A DNA stretch of 63,169 nt, filler included, from Reticulomyxa filosa (lineage: Eukaryota; Protista; Foraminifera): NCBI GenBank assembly GCA_000512085.1. It is 24 parts of 24 records of this genome, joined end to end, with 100 filler letters (N's around TTAATTAATTAA, not from the genome) between each part and the next. Parts side by side here need not be neighbours in the genome. Positions count along the whole stretch, not along the records: positions 21,508 to 29,053 come from ASPP01019220.1; positions 29,154 to 30,393 come from ASPP01029646.1; positions 30,494 to 33,430 come from ASPP01026183.1; positions 33,531 to 35,191 come from ASPP01000896.1; 20 more parts are not named here. One strand, 5' to 3'. Positions 22,225-35,291 of the stretch are shown piece after piece. Numbering within the stretch: the first letter of the stretch is position 1; every line of letters begins with the position of its first letter. Under the pieces are notes generated by a model that was not told where the DNA came from, made no database searches, and saw only the letters and a list, made by a program, of their open reading frames with translations. The position numbers and the translations under genes are program-made.

Positions 22225-24556
22225 TTAACCATCGCTTAATTCTTGGCTTGTTACAGTGTCTTCTTGTTTACTGGAAATTTGGAGAATTCCCAAATTTAGT
22301 TTAGAACCGGACCCACGCATTCCTAATATCGCCGATTTTTCCAAACTCACGCGGGTATTCTTCAATTTGTCATAAAAGCTGGGTGATTTATTGATCGCCT
22401 TTTGGAACATACGACGGACTTCCAAATATTCCTATTTCATGTCCATTTTGGAAACGTGTTTAATTGCCTTTAACTTTTGTTGTTACTGTTTTGTGTTTGT
22501 TATTATTTAAAAAAAGCATTAAACTGGTGTTGCAACAAATCGAGTATACGAGTCCTGTAACAATGATAATATACCCTGTCCAGCTTCGTCAAATATGCAA
22601 GGCAAAGAGCTCCTAATCATAGGAGTATCTTGTAAAAACCCAAGTTCAAAATATGTTTTCAGTCGTTTTCGAACGCCATGTGATACATTTAATAACAGAG
22701 GCGCATTCTTTATTCGTCAAATCACAACATCATTATACACGTTTAATCAACAAGATGTGTATGTGGATATGTTTTTTATTTTATTTATCTTCAGAAAGAA
22801 TGAAAAAAAAAAAGAATACCTGTGCAAAGTATTTCTCCCAAATATGTTTTGCTTTATCCAGAGGGTTAACGATTCCACGTAACATTTCTGCGGACAGATC
22901 AGAAGGCAAGTCAACAGAGAATCCTTGCATTTCTTCGCCACTTTGTTTCAAAGTTAAAAAAAAAAAAAAAAAAAGCAATGTACACAAAAAGAGAGGGGAA
23001 GATCAAATATGAAGCAAAAACAAGCAAATTGTCTAAAAAAGAAGCAACTCAACTCTTTTACAAAACTCTTCTTGTATTCCATAAACTCGATTAAAAACAA
23101 TAAATTTTCTGATCACATATAATGTAAAAAAAAAAAAAAAGAGATGTCAAGAAGTAAGTAAGAGAAGAGAGGAAATGAAAGAATAATGAACCTGTTGAAA
23201 ACTCTTTTTGTAAATGTTGCATGAACAATTCCACTGCGTCAACAAAGCACATAACAATATTCATAAGAGAGACAGAAAGATAAGGGGGACATTACAAAAA
23301 TATACGGATTATCAAAAAATTTGAAATGTTAACAAGTGATTTTGGATTTCAGCAATGCAACGAGATCGATGAAATCTGAGTCCGATTCGTCTTTGTTGTC
23401 GATTTCTGCAGTTTCTCGCTCTAAAGCAAAGCAGACAAACTAAAGTGAACAGAAAAGTGTGGTTGCAAAAAAAAAATAAAATAAAAAAATCCACATCGTC
23501 GCGAACTTGCTAATAAAAGAGCATAAAAAGAGGAGATCATAGCAGCGACAAATACCACAAAGGAAAAAAGCAAGGTCAAAAAAAGGGAGCGTTGGTGTTT
23601 TGGGACGAAATAAAGAGTCCCGCCATACACCACCATTCCAAATAAAGCCGTGTAAATGGAATATTTGATTTCCATTTTAATTAAAAAGCGGTCATTCCAT
23701 TTGGGCATTCGTGTCCAGATTATTGATGTTATTATCATCGGAATAAGTAAGCAACCTACGTACACCACAAAATACACGCTCTCGCTACTAAATATGCGTA
23801 CCATCCTATTTTTTAAAATTTTTAATGGCCAAATGGTGGCTTATTATTTATGCGTCGATACATATGCATATGTATCGAAAGGACATTGGACTTAACGAAA
23901 CAATGACAACCGAAAATAACCAAAGAGGAATTCCCAAGTATTTTATCAACCAAAGTGGCTTTCCGAATGTCTGTCGATGCTTTAGAAACCAATTGTTTTC
24001 GGCACTCTCACTTAACTCTTTCTTCCAACCCAAATTGATTTGTGCATTTTGTAATTGTTGATCGAAATAAAGCATCCATGTTCTAATGGTTTTATTCACA
24101 AATTTATATACAAATATGGCTTTATTTTTTGCAGTATGTTATTCCTCTCTCTCTCTCTCTTGCCTTCTTCTTTTACTTTGCTGATCTCGCGTGTTACCTT
24201 AAGACAAAAACATATATTAGTCCAAAGGCAGAAGGGGCCCACAACGCGGAACGATATAAATACGCTTGATCGTCGATGCACTCAAGAATCACTTGCACTG
24301 TACGAAATATCAATATATGGGACCAACAAAACCATAAAAATACTATCACTATCTGTGGACGTCGACGGATCAAAAAGCCACCTGCTTTGGACGCCTCATT
24401 TTTCCTCTCTCTTTGTTCCACTTTTACCCTTTTCATGTACTTTATTGTCCATATTAAAGATATTAGCCCTGCCACCACGTCGAAGCACAACACCACCCAT
24501 GTAAATACAACACCCCCTCGATCCACTTCCAAAATATTTTTTGATCGAAATGTCAT
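22225..24556 (-). CDS. 7TM-RGS protein (multi-exon)
   Basis: Seven hydrophobic segments in the first three exons, then FMQHLQKEFSTENLLFLIEF, IWEKYF, APLLLNVS and IFDEA..LLQDSYTRF RGS helices. Confidence 0.85.
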
Positions 24557-25921
24557 GTTCGCTTGACGTTACTTTTTTATATTTCAGTCTTTTGCGAATA
24601 GTTCCATGTGGTCTGGGGTTCTTGGTAGTGTCAGTTTTAATCTCTCTTGTACTGTTTACTTATTTTTAGCATTGTATATGACAGCGAACAAATTACACAC
24701 AAGTAGCACTAGTTACTTTATGAAGAAATTCACATTTTTTCCAAGTTTGTACTTATGAAATGCTTGTCAAAATAACAACTAGCACTACACTTGAAAACAA
24801 GTTTGCAGCATTATACCAACAGCACATAGTGCGCGAAAACAAAACAAGTTGTTATTGCAATTTAAAAAATTTCAATATAGATAAGTGTAAAAATGTAATG
24901 CGACTAATTGCCACAATATGATACTATATGAATTTTATTCATTTATTTACGTAGTACAAAAATGGATGAATTTGGATTTCACAAACAATGGGGACTTGAC
25001 CTTATTTTTATCAGCAATAGCTTCTTCTTACACTTGACATCCAACAAAATGTCAAAGGTAAGTTCATATGGATTAGTATAAAGTGAAAAATTTCATTTGG
25101 TGTCAGATACAAAATTACAATTAATAGTAAAATGATATAAACATGTATTATTATCATTAAGTGATATGCTACTTATGTTGTTATTTTTATTGTTTACTAT
25201 TTTCACTACAACCTTTTCATTAATTCGATATCACTGGACAATAATATATAAACTTGTGTTTGTTTTTAAACTTGTCACTAGATTTCGTGTTTGTGTATCA
25301 CATATTAAGACTGTCAAAGTGTGCCTGAGAAATTTTCCAAAATTTGAAAGTGAGTTATTTTACTTTTGTTTTGATTAATTACGCTAATGTCGCTGAATTA
25401 CTAGAAGTTTAAAAAGGGAGATAAATAACCTTTGAACTTTTGTCTTTTTGAGGTCTTTAAAATTTTTTTAATAAGTTGTTATTGAATTTGTTTTTGTTGT
25501 CAATTGTCAAGTTATGTAATAATATAGCATTTTCATCAAATTACAATGTGAAGTCATAAATCATAGTCGTTCGTTCACATTGTTAGAATTATGGTAATCT
25601 CAATCTCATATACATTGACTTAGCACTTAGAAAAAAGTTACTTTAGCAAAACATTTTGACAATCCTTTCACAAAGTTTTATTATTATCGACCATACAAAG
25701 ATTTAATGGACAACACCTAATTTGTGTTGAAAAAAGAGATTGAAGTTTAAAAATTGGTGTATAAGTTTTTGCAAAACATTAATAATTTTTGTCATTCGAA
25801 AAGAAAAAGTGTGGTTAAAACGTCAATCTTGAAAAAACAATGGCACTATGCCAAAAAAACAATAGTTGGAAGATTTGTTCGCACAGAAGAGTAGGGAAAG
25901 TGAAGACGAGAAAGATATGTG

Positions 25922-26863
25922 CTAATAGGATTGAGCCAAGGGCCTATTGAAACCACCTCTGCGGTTCATATATTGTCTGTATTGCCTTCTACTTTTTATT
26001 CTTGCAGTACTCATGACACTTGATTCGTCCCCGGGTTGTCCTTTGGTGGTGACGAATCCATTCGCAGGTAGGCCTAAGCTAGCAAAGAATTTGTTCGTAT
26101 CTTCCTCAGTAAAACTGGAGCGTTCCAAGTCCTCAACTTCTGTTTTCGAAGAGGTGATCATTTCATTTTTTTTTTCCTCCATGTCAATTTTGTTTTCTCG
26201 TTCTTTGTCTTTCCCCGCACGTTTGTTCTTTCGACTTCGGCTTCGACTTCGGTCCTGACTCCTGCTTCGGTTTCGACTTCTGCTCCTGCTTCTACTGTCA
26301 CTGTATTTAATCGATTCACGCTTCGAATCTCTACCTTTAAGTCGTTCTTTTTCCCGGTCTTTATTGTTGGCTGGCTTGTCCGTCACGTCCTTCTGTTTTT
26401 CTTTTCGGACTTCTTCTTCGCGGCGTTGCTGCTTTTTGCGTTTTTTCCTGGCTCGCTTGCGTTCCTTTGCAGTCATTGGCGCCTTCGATGAAAAATTTTT
26501 TTCTTGATGGTAATAATCATAATCCGACTCTTTGTCTCTGCTCCGACTAGTTTCGCGCTTACCATGCCGTCTGCGGGGACGTGATGCACTGCGACTGCGG
26601 GTCACTGATCGTCGGTAACGATCGAACTCGTCATAATAACGACTACGGTCCTTTTGTCTGTTTCAAGATCAATACTTCACTGTTCTATTACACAATTCCA
26701 AAAAAAAAAAAAAAAATGCACTTATGAAAACTTTATCCAAGCGAATACCTGTCACGACGGCTAAACTCTATGTAGAGAGAAAAGAAGTGACAAAAAAAAC
26801 AATGTCAAAAATGTCGTAAGCCCAATATAATCCACATACACCTGGAGAACGGCTTCGGGGCAT
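25922..26863 (-). CDS. SNRNP27: U4/U6.U5 tri-snRNP 27 kDa protein
   Basis: RS-rich N-terminus (MPRSRSP at 26863) and C-terminal GFVTTKG...RQYRQYMNRRGGFNRPL signature. Confidence 0.93.
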
Positions 26864-27342
26864 GAACCAATCCAATAATCACTCGTATTTGGATATGTGC
26901 CGGGGTATTCACAAACAAAATCTCATAAAAAAAACAGCGTGCCGTTGTTTTAGTTGTGGAAAAGTCGACCGAATTAAAAGATACAATCACAAGAAATGTT
27001 TAAATGTAAGGAATGTAAAAATTATCGTGCTAATGAAAGAAACAATAACAACTGGGCCAGAAAAGAAAACTTTAGTCGAGCACGACCAGGGAGTGCGATA
27101 GATGTGTGAAATCAAAATTTTTCAAATAACAAAAAGTTAACTCAACAATAATCATAGTGCTTTCCAAAAGCAAAATACAAAAGCATGCGTACAAGGTGCA
27201 GTTGGAGAAAAAAAGCAGAGCCTCAAAGTAATAATCCAACAATAAATAAAAATATATATGAGATGATATTACTTTTTTATTTGTATTTTTAGTACAATTT
27301 AAAATGGGAAATTACGGGCATTCTTTCGCATAACTTGAGTAT

Positions 27343-29030
27343 TTATCCGCACATTGCCTCCATTGACTGAGATGTAATCTTGTTTGTTTTTTTAAATTTT
27401 TTTGTTTGTGTTTGAGATGTATTATTCTTTTTGTTGTTTTCTTTTTCTTTGGAAGTATTGGAATGACTTATTTGCGTTTGTGTTTGTGATTGTGATTGCT
27501 GAGGTTGGTTAATCCTAAATTTGTTTGCCAGATTAGGTATAATATCGTCTAACCATTGAATATGTGGTATTTCCACACACTCTCTCAACCAAATTTTGTC
27601 TTCGCCTATTCCCTCCATTTTCTTTGTTTTGATCATGGCATTGTAGAGAATGCAAGCTGGTTTGGGTTTTCGATGGAACAGTACGGAAGAGGGATGGATA
27701 TCGCAACCGAGATGATTAATATAGGTTTGATAGCTTGCTCGATTGTTGTTATCTTTATCATTTTTATTGGAAGGAAATTTTTTGTTGTGATCCTTTCCCA
27801 AATAAGCCACATTTAAAAACAGTCCCTCCAATAGGCACTTGATGATGGGGTCGTATCCACTGACATGATCAGCACGTTGTTTGCGTTGTTGCAGAAGCAA
27901 GTCCGGATCGAACATTTGCAGCAATTGGTGTCGAATGCCAAAGGCTTTAACCAACGATTTGTAATTGAGAAAACGTTGTTTGCACCACTCTTCGCTATTT
28001 TTGTTTTCCACAAATGACTCCAACACGTTTAGCAACGTGATGTGATCGCCGAGGGTATCGCCAAATTGTTTGTGTTCATTGTAGGCTTGAAGTTGCGCAT
28101 TGCCCGTAGTCGAAGGCAAGTGAAACACATTGTCCACGGACAGCATGGACACAATGCCCACAATTTCGCTTGTGCATTGATACTCGGGATGTGTGTGGGA
28201 CATGGCCAACGCCTTGGAATACATTGGCTCCAATGGAAACGAGCTCATCTCTTTTCCCAATTGTGTTATGTCATGATTTTCGTCAATCGCACCAAGCAAC
28301 AGCAAATGCAAAAGTGCCTGGCGAATTCGCAATGCATCCGGTTTGTCGATTAAGTCAAACGAGGCAATGTCCTTGATACCCAACACTTTGAGTTGTAAAA
28401 TCACATTACCTAAATTCGACCTGTGTATACCCACATTGTCCCATGGAATAGAGAGAGAGAGAAGAGGAATCACATGCATATACATATATATGCACATGTA
28501 TGTATATGCATACGTATATACATACATATATACATACATATATGTGTATGTACATATAAATACCTATATGAAAAACAAACTACCATACCTCAAAATTTCA
28601 GGCTGCATATCATCGGCAAAAGATTCAAATTCCCTTTCGGTATACAAGCGCAGTGCATGCCCTGGACCATCTCTCCCAGCTCGTCCTGACCTCTGCCACG
28701 CCTCCGACTTGCTAATATTCACCACTTCGAATATGTCAACGCCGGTGAAAGGGTCGAAAAATTTGCGTTTGACTTTGCCGCAGTCGATAACGTATACAAT
28801 GTTGGGGATGGTCAGTGACGTTTCTGCGATATTGGTCGCGATGACAATTTTGCGATGCGTCATTGGTGTTTTCTGAAACACGCGTGCTTGCAAATGCGGC
28901 GGCAATGCACTGTACATTGGTAGCACCAAATACTTTTCTTTTTCCGGAGGCAGTAATCGTGCTCGTTGTTGTAAAATATTTCCAACGCGTTCAATTTCCT
29001 CTTGACCAGTTAAGAAGGCCAGGATGTCCC
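27343..29030 (-). CDS. DEAH-box RNA helicase, 3' part, DHX33-like (RecA2, HA2, OB-fold)
   Basis: DILAFLTGQEEIE, LPMYSAL, ATNIAETSLTI, AWQRSGRAGR, FPLEPM, GDHITLLN, IHPSSVL; intron ~28588-28422. Confidence 0.92.
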
Positions 29031-30011
29031 CTTTTTAAAAAAAAAAAAAAAAANNNNNNNNNNNNNNNNNNNNNNNNNNNNNNNNNNNNNNNNNNNNTTA
29101 ATTAATTAANNNNNNNNNNNNNNNNNNNNNNNNNNNNNNNNNNNNNNNNNNNNAAACAGATGTCACACTTGCAGTGCGCAGCGCATTTACTGCTTTTTTT
29201 TTTAAAAAAATATTATCAAAGCCCTTTTATTTTTATTTTCTGATACCGTATTGTTAATTTCCTCAATCAAAAAATTATCAATTGAAATTCTTTATTTTTA
29301 TCATTTTTTTTGTGCATTGAGCCAACAGGAGTTCAATATATATTGCATAGTTGTTCTGACAGTCAAATCAAACAAAGGTCACCATATTGTTTCAATTTAA
29401 TTTCCGACAAAAACACAATCAACACAGCGTGCAAACAAATGGCCGAGCAAAACAAGACTACAACGGCTATCAGGTTTGAGTTAAATAATGAAAAAAGAAA
29501 GAGTGTGTGAAGTTGGTTAGTGTCATATCTACTGGCAATATCCCAAAGAAATATTAACACAGTTTTTTTATCATAATCAACTTACGTGAATAAGTTATAT
29601 CTTATTTATGCTGATTGTTGAAATTAAACATTATTCACTATATGGCATTACAGTTATTTCGTCGGTGCGACTTCCTTTCTTTTGGCGCAATATATGCTCA
29701 ATTTTGAAAAATTTTATATTGATACTAAGAATATAGATTAAGTTTTTTACTGTTGTTATTTTTTATTTTTCTGTTTAGATCGTCGCAACAATCATACTAA
29801 AGCAATGTCCTGCAACAGTATTATTTGCCGTGTAAACAACAATAGCTGATCCGAAATCAATGTCCAGCCCAACACCCCAAAAACACACATTTATGTCAAC
29901 TATCTATGCATTATCTTGATTTGACATGTGATCACAACGATAAAGTGTGAAATGGAAGTTAATGAGCTAAGTAATTTCTCGAGTTTATTTTATACTTTTT
30001 TTGTGAAACAT

Positions 30012-30393
30012 TTCAAAAGGACCCTGGCATCGATGCCAGCAATGTATCCAGTTGATCTAACGCTTGTTTTTCGTCCGTGAGTTCCAAGTCCAAATATGCT
30101 TCTGATCAATTCATACACACATACAAAAATGTGAAGATATGATAGAAACAACGAACGAGAGACAGAGAGAGAGAGAGAGGGGGGAAAAAAAGGACACCTG
30201 GATCATCAATATTATCCAAATCATCCAAAATTTCTTCTTCTCTGTTATCATCATTAGCTGCGTTATTCATAGTGACATCCTCAAAGTCATCAGCCAATTC
30301 GATATTTTCTTCATTGGGATCAGTCGGAGGAAGGGCCACATCTCCTAAGTGTGGATTAGGAAAAGCATTGGTATCTAAATTCATTGGTTCAAC
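30012..30393 (-). CDS. Acidic C-terminus of an unknown protein
   Basis: Two coding-like exons (DDFEDV..., EAYLDLELTDEKQALDQLD..) separated by a GT..AG intron. Confidence 0.5.
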
Positions 30394-30493
30394 NNNNNNN
30401 NNNNNNNNNNNNNNNNNNNNNNNNNNNNNNNNNNNNNTTAATTAATTAANNNNNNNNNNNNNNNNNNNNNNNNNNNNNNNNNNNNNNNNNNNN

Positions 30494-30942
30494 TAACAAG
30501 GGAAACATCCCAGAAGACTCAAGAAGGCATCAGAACAACCGCATGAGTAGTTTTTACCCAGAAATCGAAAAAGAAAAATTAGACAAAGTCAAAAAACTTC
30601 AACCAGTTGAACTCTTGTTTTTATTTGTTTATTTTTTTTTTTAGTTTTATATTTTTGTTTTATTACTTTTTTTTTTATCAAACTTTGTGATAGATTGCCG
30701 ATAAATTGAACACGACATTGTCCGTCTTAGCTGTGGCTTGGTGCTTGAAAAACAAAAACGTTTCGGTGATCTTGTTGGGTGCAAAACGAGCAGAGCAATT
30801 GGAAACTTGTGCTGCAATTAAACTTCAAGATAAATTAACTCCAGACATTCTGAAGGAAATTGAGAAAATACTCAATAATAAACCCATTGAGGATCCTGCT
30901 TTGTACGGCTCTTTCTTAAGAAATCCCAATGCTCGCTTGTAA
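30494..30942 (+). CDS. Aldo-keto reductase, Kv-beta-like, 3' end; ends ARL
   Basis: NKGNIPEDSR; IADKLNTTLSVLAVAWCLKNKNVSVILLGAKRAEQLE; intron ~30606-30693. Confidence 0.85.
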
Positions 30943-31504
30943 TGGTCTTTTTTGTTTCCCATTTCACGGTCTAATTGTTTGAAGGGCTTGACCTTCCTTA
31001 CAAAAAAGATAATTTACATTTTAAATGGTGTCATTCATATATTTTTCTTTCAATGAAAAATCAATTTGGTATTGTAACAAAAGGTGTTGCATCCTTACTT
31101 TAAAAAAAGGAACACATGTTTTATCACCACTTTCAATTGAATTTCTTTTGGTTCAAACATTACTTAATTTTTCAATTTTTTCACATTTTTTTTTGGCATG
31201 TTAATTGCTCGATTCGTAATTTTAGCGTCATTTAGTTCGAAACACAAGCCTCGCAGATAACACTCATAATTAAAAACTAGCATGTTTTTAGTGCACGTAA
31301 GTTGATGTTGTTTTTTGCAATGCACAGCTCATTGTGCATTGATATATAGAAAAAATGGCAAACATAAATGAGTTTGTGGGCACATTTTGTTGACGACTAC
31401 AGAAAAAACCTTATTTGAATTTAAAGTAATAATAAATTTCCGAGAAGTGTTTTTTTATGCATATTATTAACAATGTTGATAACATTAAAATTGTTTCACA
31501 CATC

Positions 31505-32392
31505 TAGCTACAACTATAAGTGACAAATTGAAATAAAAAGTTTACATTAATTTATCTTTGGCCGAGGTTTCAATATAACAAATATTATTTTGTTGACAAA
31601 ACTTAACACTAAAGTCCAAATTGTGTTTATAGTTTGGAAAATCGTGTCTCAAATTAGTTTTTGTGCCTGCAACAATTATAAGAATATTCTCATCGATACG
31701 ATGAATTAATGAAAGAAAAGGCTTAATGACAGATTCCATACAAAGTAACTCATTTATATAATATGAAATAATCACACAATGACTTTCACAAAACCAACGC
31801 TCTTGTAATGACGAAAATAGTTCATCTCCAGAAACGTCTAAAATGTGAATCAAACAACTTTGTTGGCTGTTCAACTGCATTTGTTTTTCATAAACTTGTT
31901 CAATTGTTGGATCGTATTCCTCAAAAAACTCATCTTTAACAAATCGAGTCACGAGAACTGATTTTCCAGAATACAGATGTCCCAGCATTACTATTTTCAC
32001 TTTTTCTATTCTATGTTTTGTTATGATATAATGCATATGTGAAGGCGTGATGTGACTCATTCATATTACTATATGTATATAATGCATGATATAAAACGGA
32101 TATATAGAATAATTCATTGAAAGTGTGTTATCCTCATAAACGTCACAAAGATCTGACGTATCAGACGATAATAGAGCCGAAAGTTATCGTATTCTCTAAG
32201 CATTGAGAATATTATGTCTACTACGTCTCGCAAGTTGTGACGAGAAAAGACCTCTTTTGTTGTCGCTTTATGCTTCTCTGTGAAGTACCAACCTGTTGAC
32301 CAATTTCGCAATTCTAAAGGAAGAAATGAGTCACTTCTTCGGAGCACACATCGATCTTTTTCGAGAGGTCTTTCGAAACAATGATTGCCCAT
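31505..32392 (-). CDS. Divergent Ras-like GTPase with N-terminal extension; frameshift after G5
   Basis: GHLYSGKS, YDPTIE, DVSG, TKTN, ETSAK; first exon starts MGNHC; NINVNFLF continues in another frame. Confidence 0.8.
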
Positions 32393-32794
32393 GCCTCATC
32401 CCATACAGTCCCCCGTTTGTTCAAAAATAAATACATACAGATTATGTAAGTGTTTTTGACTATGTACCATTTATATTAGATATCGGAGTAGTGATAGTTC
32501 AAATGTAATATGTTCTGAATCAAAGGTATTCGCATGTGTTATGGTTCTTAAAACAATACTATTCGAATTTGGGCAATATCATTTTTCCAATTTTAAGTTT
32601 GATGAAAAATTAATGACAATTTGTACGATTATGTTTTTTAAATTAAAGTTTGTTTGTTTCAAATGCACTAATTGAAACAATTATTGTTAGAAAACATACA
32701 AGTGGTATTTTTCAAAGCATGAGACTGCATATTTAAAACTTATCCTTAAAAAAAATTTATTACACACTACATCCATTTTTTTTCAAAAAAACAT

Positions 32795-33430
32795 TAGGTT
32801 TTGTTGTCGCAACTGACCCCATCTTGGCCAATACTTTTGCTGCATTTGAACAAATTTTTCAATCTGTGTGCTGTAAGGCAATTAATAGTTGTTTCAATAC
32901 ATGTTCTGTTGCTTTTGTTAATCCTAGCGAAACCAATGTTTTATTGCAATTGAGGAAATATCTTGATCATCATCTCTTAGAGCTTCCATCAATCGATCCA
33001 ACACATCTTGTTGCAAAGTATTTGAAGCTACCCAAAGCATTGATGGTTCTTGTACGGGCAGTATTGTTTGTGATATTCAGCACGTAATAATCGCTCATAT
33101 GATAATACATTTGCAACAATACACGAATAATATCCGATTGGCTGTCCAACCAAGGCGTATCAAACAGTCCAAAGGGTGCAAAGCTGGTATATCAGAGCCA
33201 CTTTGCCAATGATGCATTGGGCCACATTCGTGAGATCCAGCGAGTCGATACAATTGCACTGACAAACGCAAGTTGGAACGTGTCTATTTCAAAAATATAG
33301 TAGGCTTTGCTTTTTTTAACGTGGAAATTGTTGTGAGCTTCGGATAGGACAGCATCATAATCAATCTTTGTTCGATTGTATTGATCGTATTTCGGACCGG
33401 CTTTTTCTTTAATTTTTGGATGGCCATATC
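32795..33430 (-). pseudogene. HEAT/PBS-lyase-like repeat protein remnant
   Basis: VLDRLMEALRDDDQDI and VLKQLLIALQHTD*KICSNAAKVLAKMG, with stops and frameshifts. Confidence 0.6.
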
Positions 33431-33530
33431 NNNNNNNNNNNNNNNNNNNNNNNNNNNNNNNNNNNNNNNNNNNNTTAATTAATTAANNNNNNNNNNNNNN
33501 NNNNNNNNNNNNNNNNNNNNNNNNNNNNNN

Positions 33531-34200
33531 GAGGAACGATAATGTCAAATACTTAGGACTCATCATCGACTCCAAACTTACGTATCGACAACATATCAAC
33601 TACGTATACGGAAAAGCAGCCAGGAAACTTGGATATCTGTCATTTCTGTGCTATAAAGGAATCAGTCCCAGCTTGGCAGCGTACAACATGCTTTATAGAT
33701 CAATCATTCGACCAACAATGGAATATGTTGCGTATTCTGGAATGGAACAGCAGAATATTACAAGCGTCGACTCGAAAGAATACAGCGAATAGCGATGTGA
33801 AGATACTCGGAATAATGAACAGCACTGCATATGATACTGTGAATATCATTTCACAGACTCCCCCGTTGGAGTTGCACAGACAGCAAGAAGAAGTAAAGTT
33901 GTAGTAGATCAGACTCCATTTTGGAACAAACATCCAATACAGATTACTAGGCTTCCTCACACATCCAAGCTCCATTTCCAAAATGGAGAAATTAGAAGTG
34001 AATGAAAGGAAAATAGTGTGTCGACTTATCACATGCAAAGTGGGATTAAATGGATACTTGTTCAAGATCATACACTACAGGTGGTGTAAAGAAGAAGAAG
34101 AAACAGTGGAACACTTCCTGATCGAATGCCCACATTATCAAAGACTTAGAAATGTATGGTGTGCAGCAATCAAAGTATAGCTGCCGCATTCTTTCTCGAA
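33531..34200 (+). mobile_element. Non-LTR retrotransposon ORF2 remnant (RT C-terminus + CCHC), RNase H region absent
   Basis: VKYLGLIIDSKLTYRQHI, YRSIIRPTMEY, STAYDTVNIISQTPPLELHRQQEEVKL, EETVEHFLIECP; closely similar to 52970-54400. Confidence 0.9.
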
Positions 34201-34959
34201 CTCTTCGAATGACTGGACATAACACTGAATCACTGGCATGTTTTCCACGACACATGATACACTTTTGATTACTTGGTTCTTTTTGTGGTGGCAGTCTTCA
34301 GACTTGTGATTCTTGCACGCCTGTTTTCTTTGTGAAGTGATTTAATTTAAAACACTTTTTCTTTATCTTCTTTGTTTTCTTGTTGGTGCAAATCATTAAA
34401 TGATGTTGCAATTTTTTCCAACTTAAAAAAAATTTTCAAACTACTAAAAAAAGAATTTTTTTTTTTAAATAGTAAAATTTTTTATCGTGATAAAAATTTT
34501 TCTTTACTGTCAGATATCTGATGTTGCGATTTTTCTCGAGATCAGATATACACAAGACAACAAACGAAACACCGAAACAAAATAATATTAACAAGAAAGA
34601 ATGTCGAACAAAAGTTAGTAACTTTTTTATTAAATAAGCCGAAATGGCAATAGCAACAACATTCACATGCTTTTCTTAATAATAAGCGTTTAAATTTTAT
34701 TTTTTGTTTTAGCGTGCTTTAATTTGTCAAAAGATGTGAATTGAATCTCAATATTTCCCTGAGACTTCAACACTTCGAAAACAAGGCTCAGAGTATTCGG
34801 TTAATTCCGCCAAATTTGTTCACAACCGTTGATTGATCTCACCGTACAATATTTAAGATTTTATTTGTTTTTTTTGATATTTTAAAATTTTTTTCACTTG
34901 TTGATATGTTTTATTGATCTTTTGTTTTCATTAGAATACTGTGTTCCTTTTGGGACAAT

Positions 34960-35180
34960 GTGATCATTTTAACTTGGATAAGATCTCATTCTTGCTAAAA
35001 AAAAATGTACTCCTGAAGAACATCTCTCTAAATGAAATCAAAGAAGAGATTGCAGAAGACATGGGATTCAAAGTGGAAAAAGTGGAGAAATTCAAGATCT
35101 CCCAATTGCAAAAGTGCATGGAATGATTTAAAAAAAGCATTGGGAGATAAAGAAATAAGAATTGGATACAGATTTAAAAA
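34960..35180 (+). mobile_element. Possible LINE ORF1 (gag-like) fragment
   Basis: LLKNISLNEIKEEIAEDMGF resembles FKNVSIRESEQEIKETLEDLGF at ~40690. Confidence 0.45.
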
Positions 35181-35291
35181 AAAAAAAAAATNNNNNNNNN
35201 NNNNNNNNNNNNNNNNNNNNNNNNNNNNNNNNNNNTTAATTAATTAANNNNNNNNNNNNNNNNNNNNNNNNNNNNNNNNNNNNNNNNNNNN

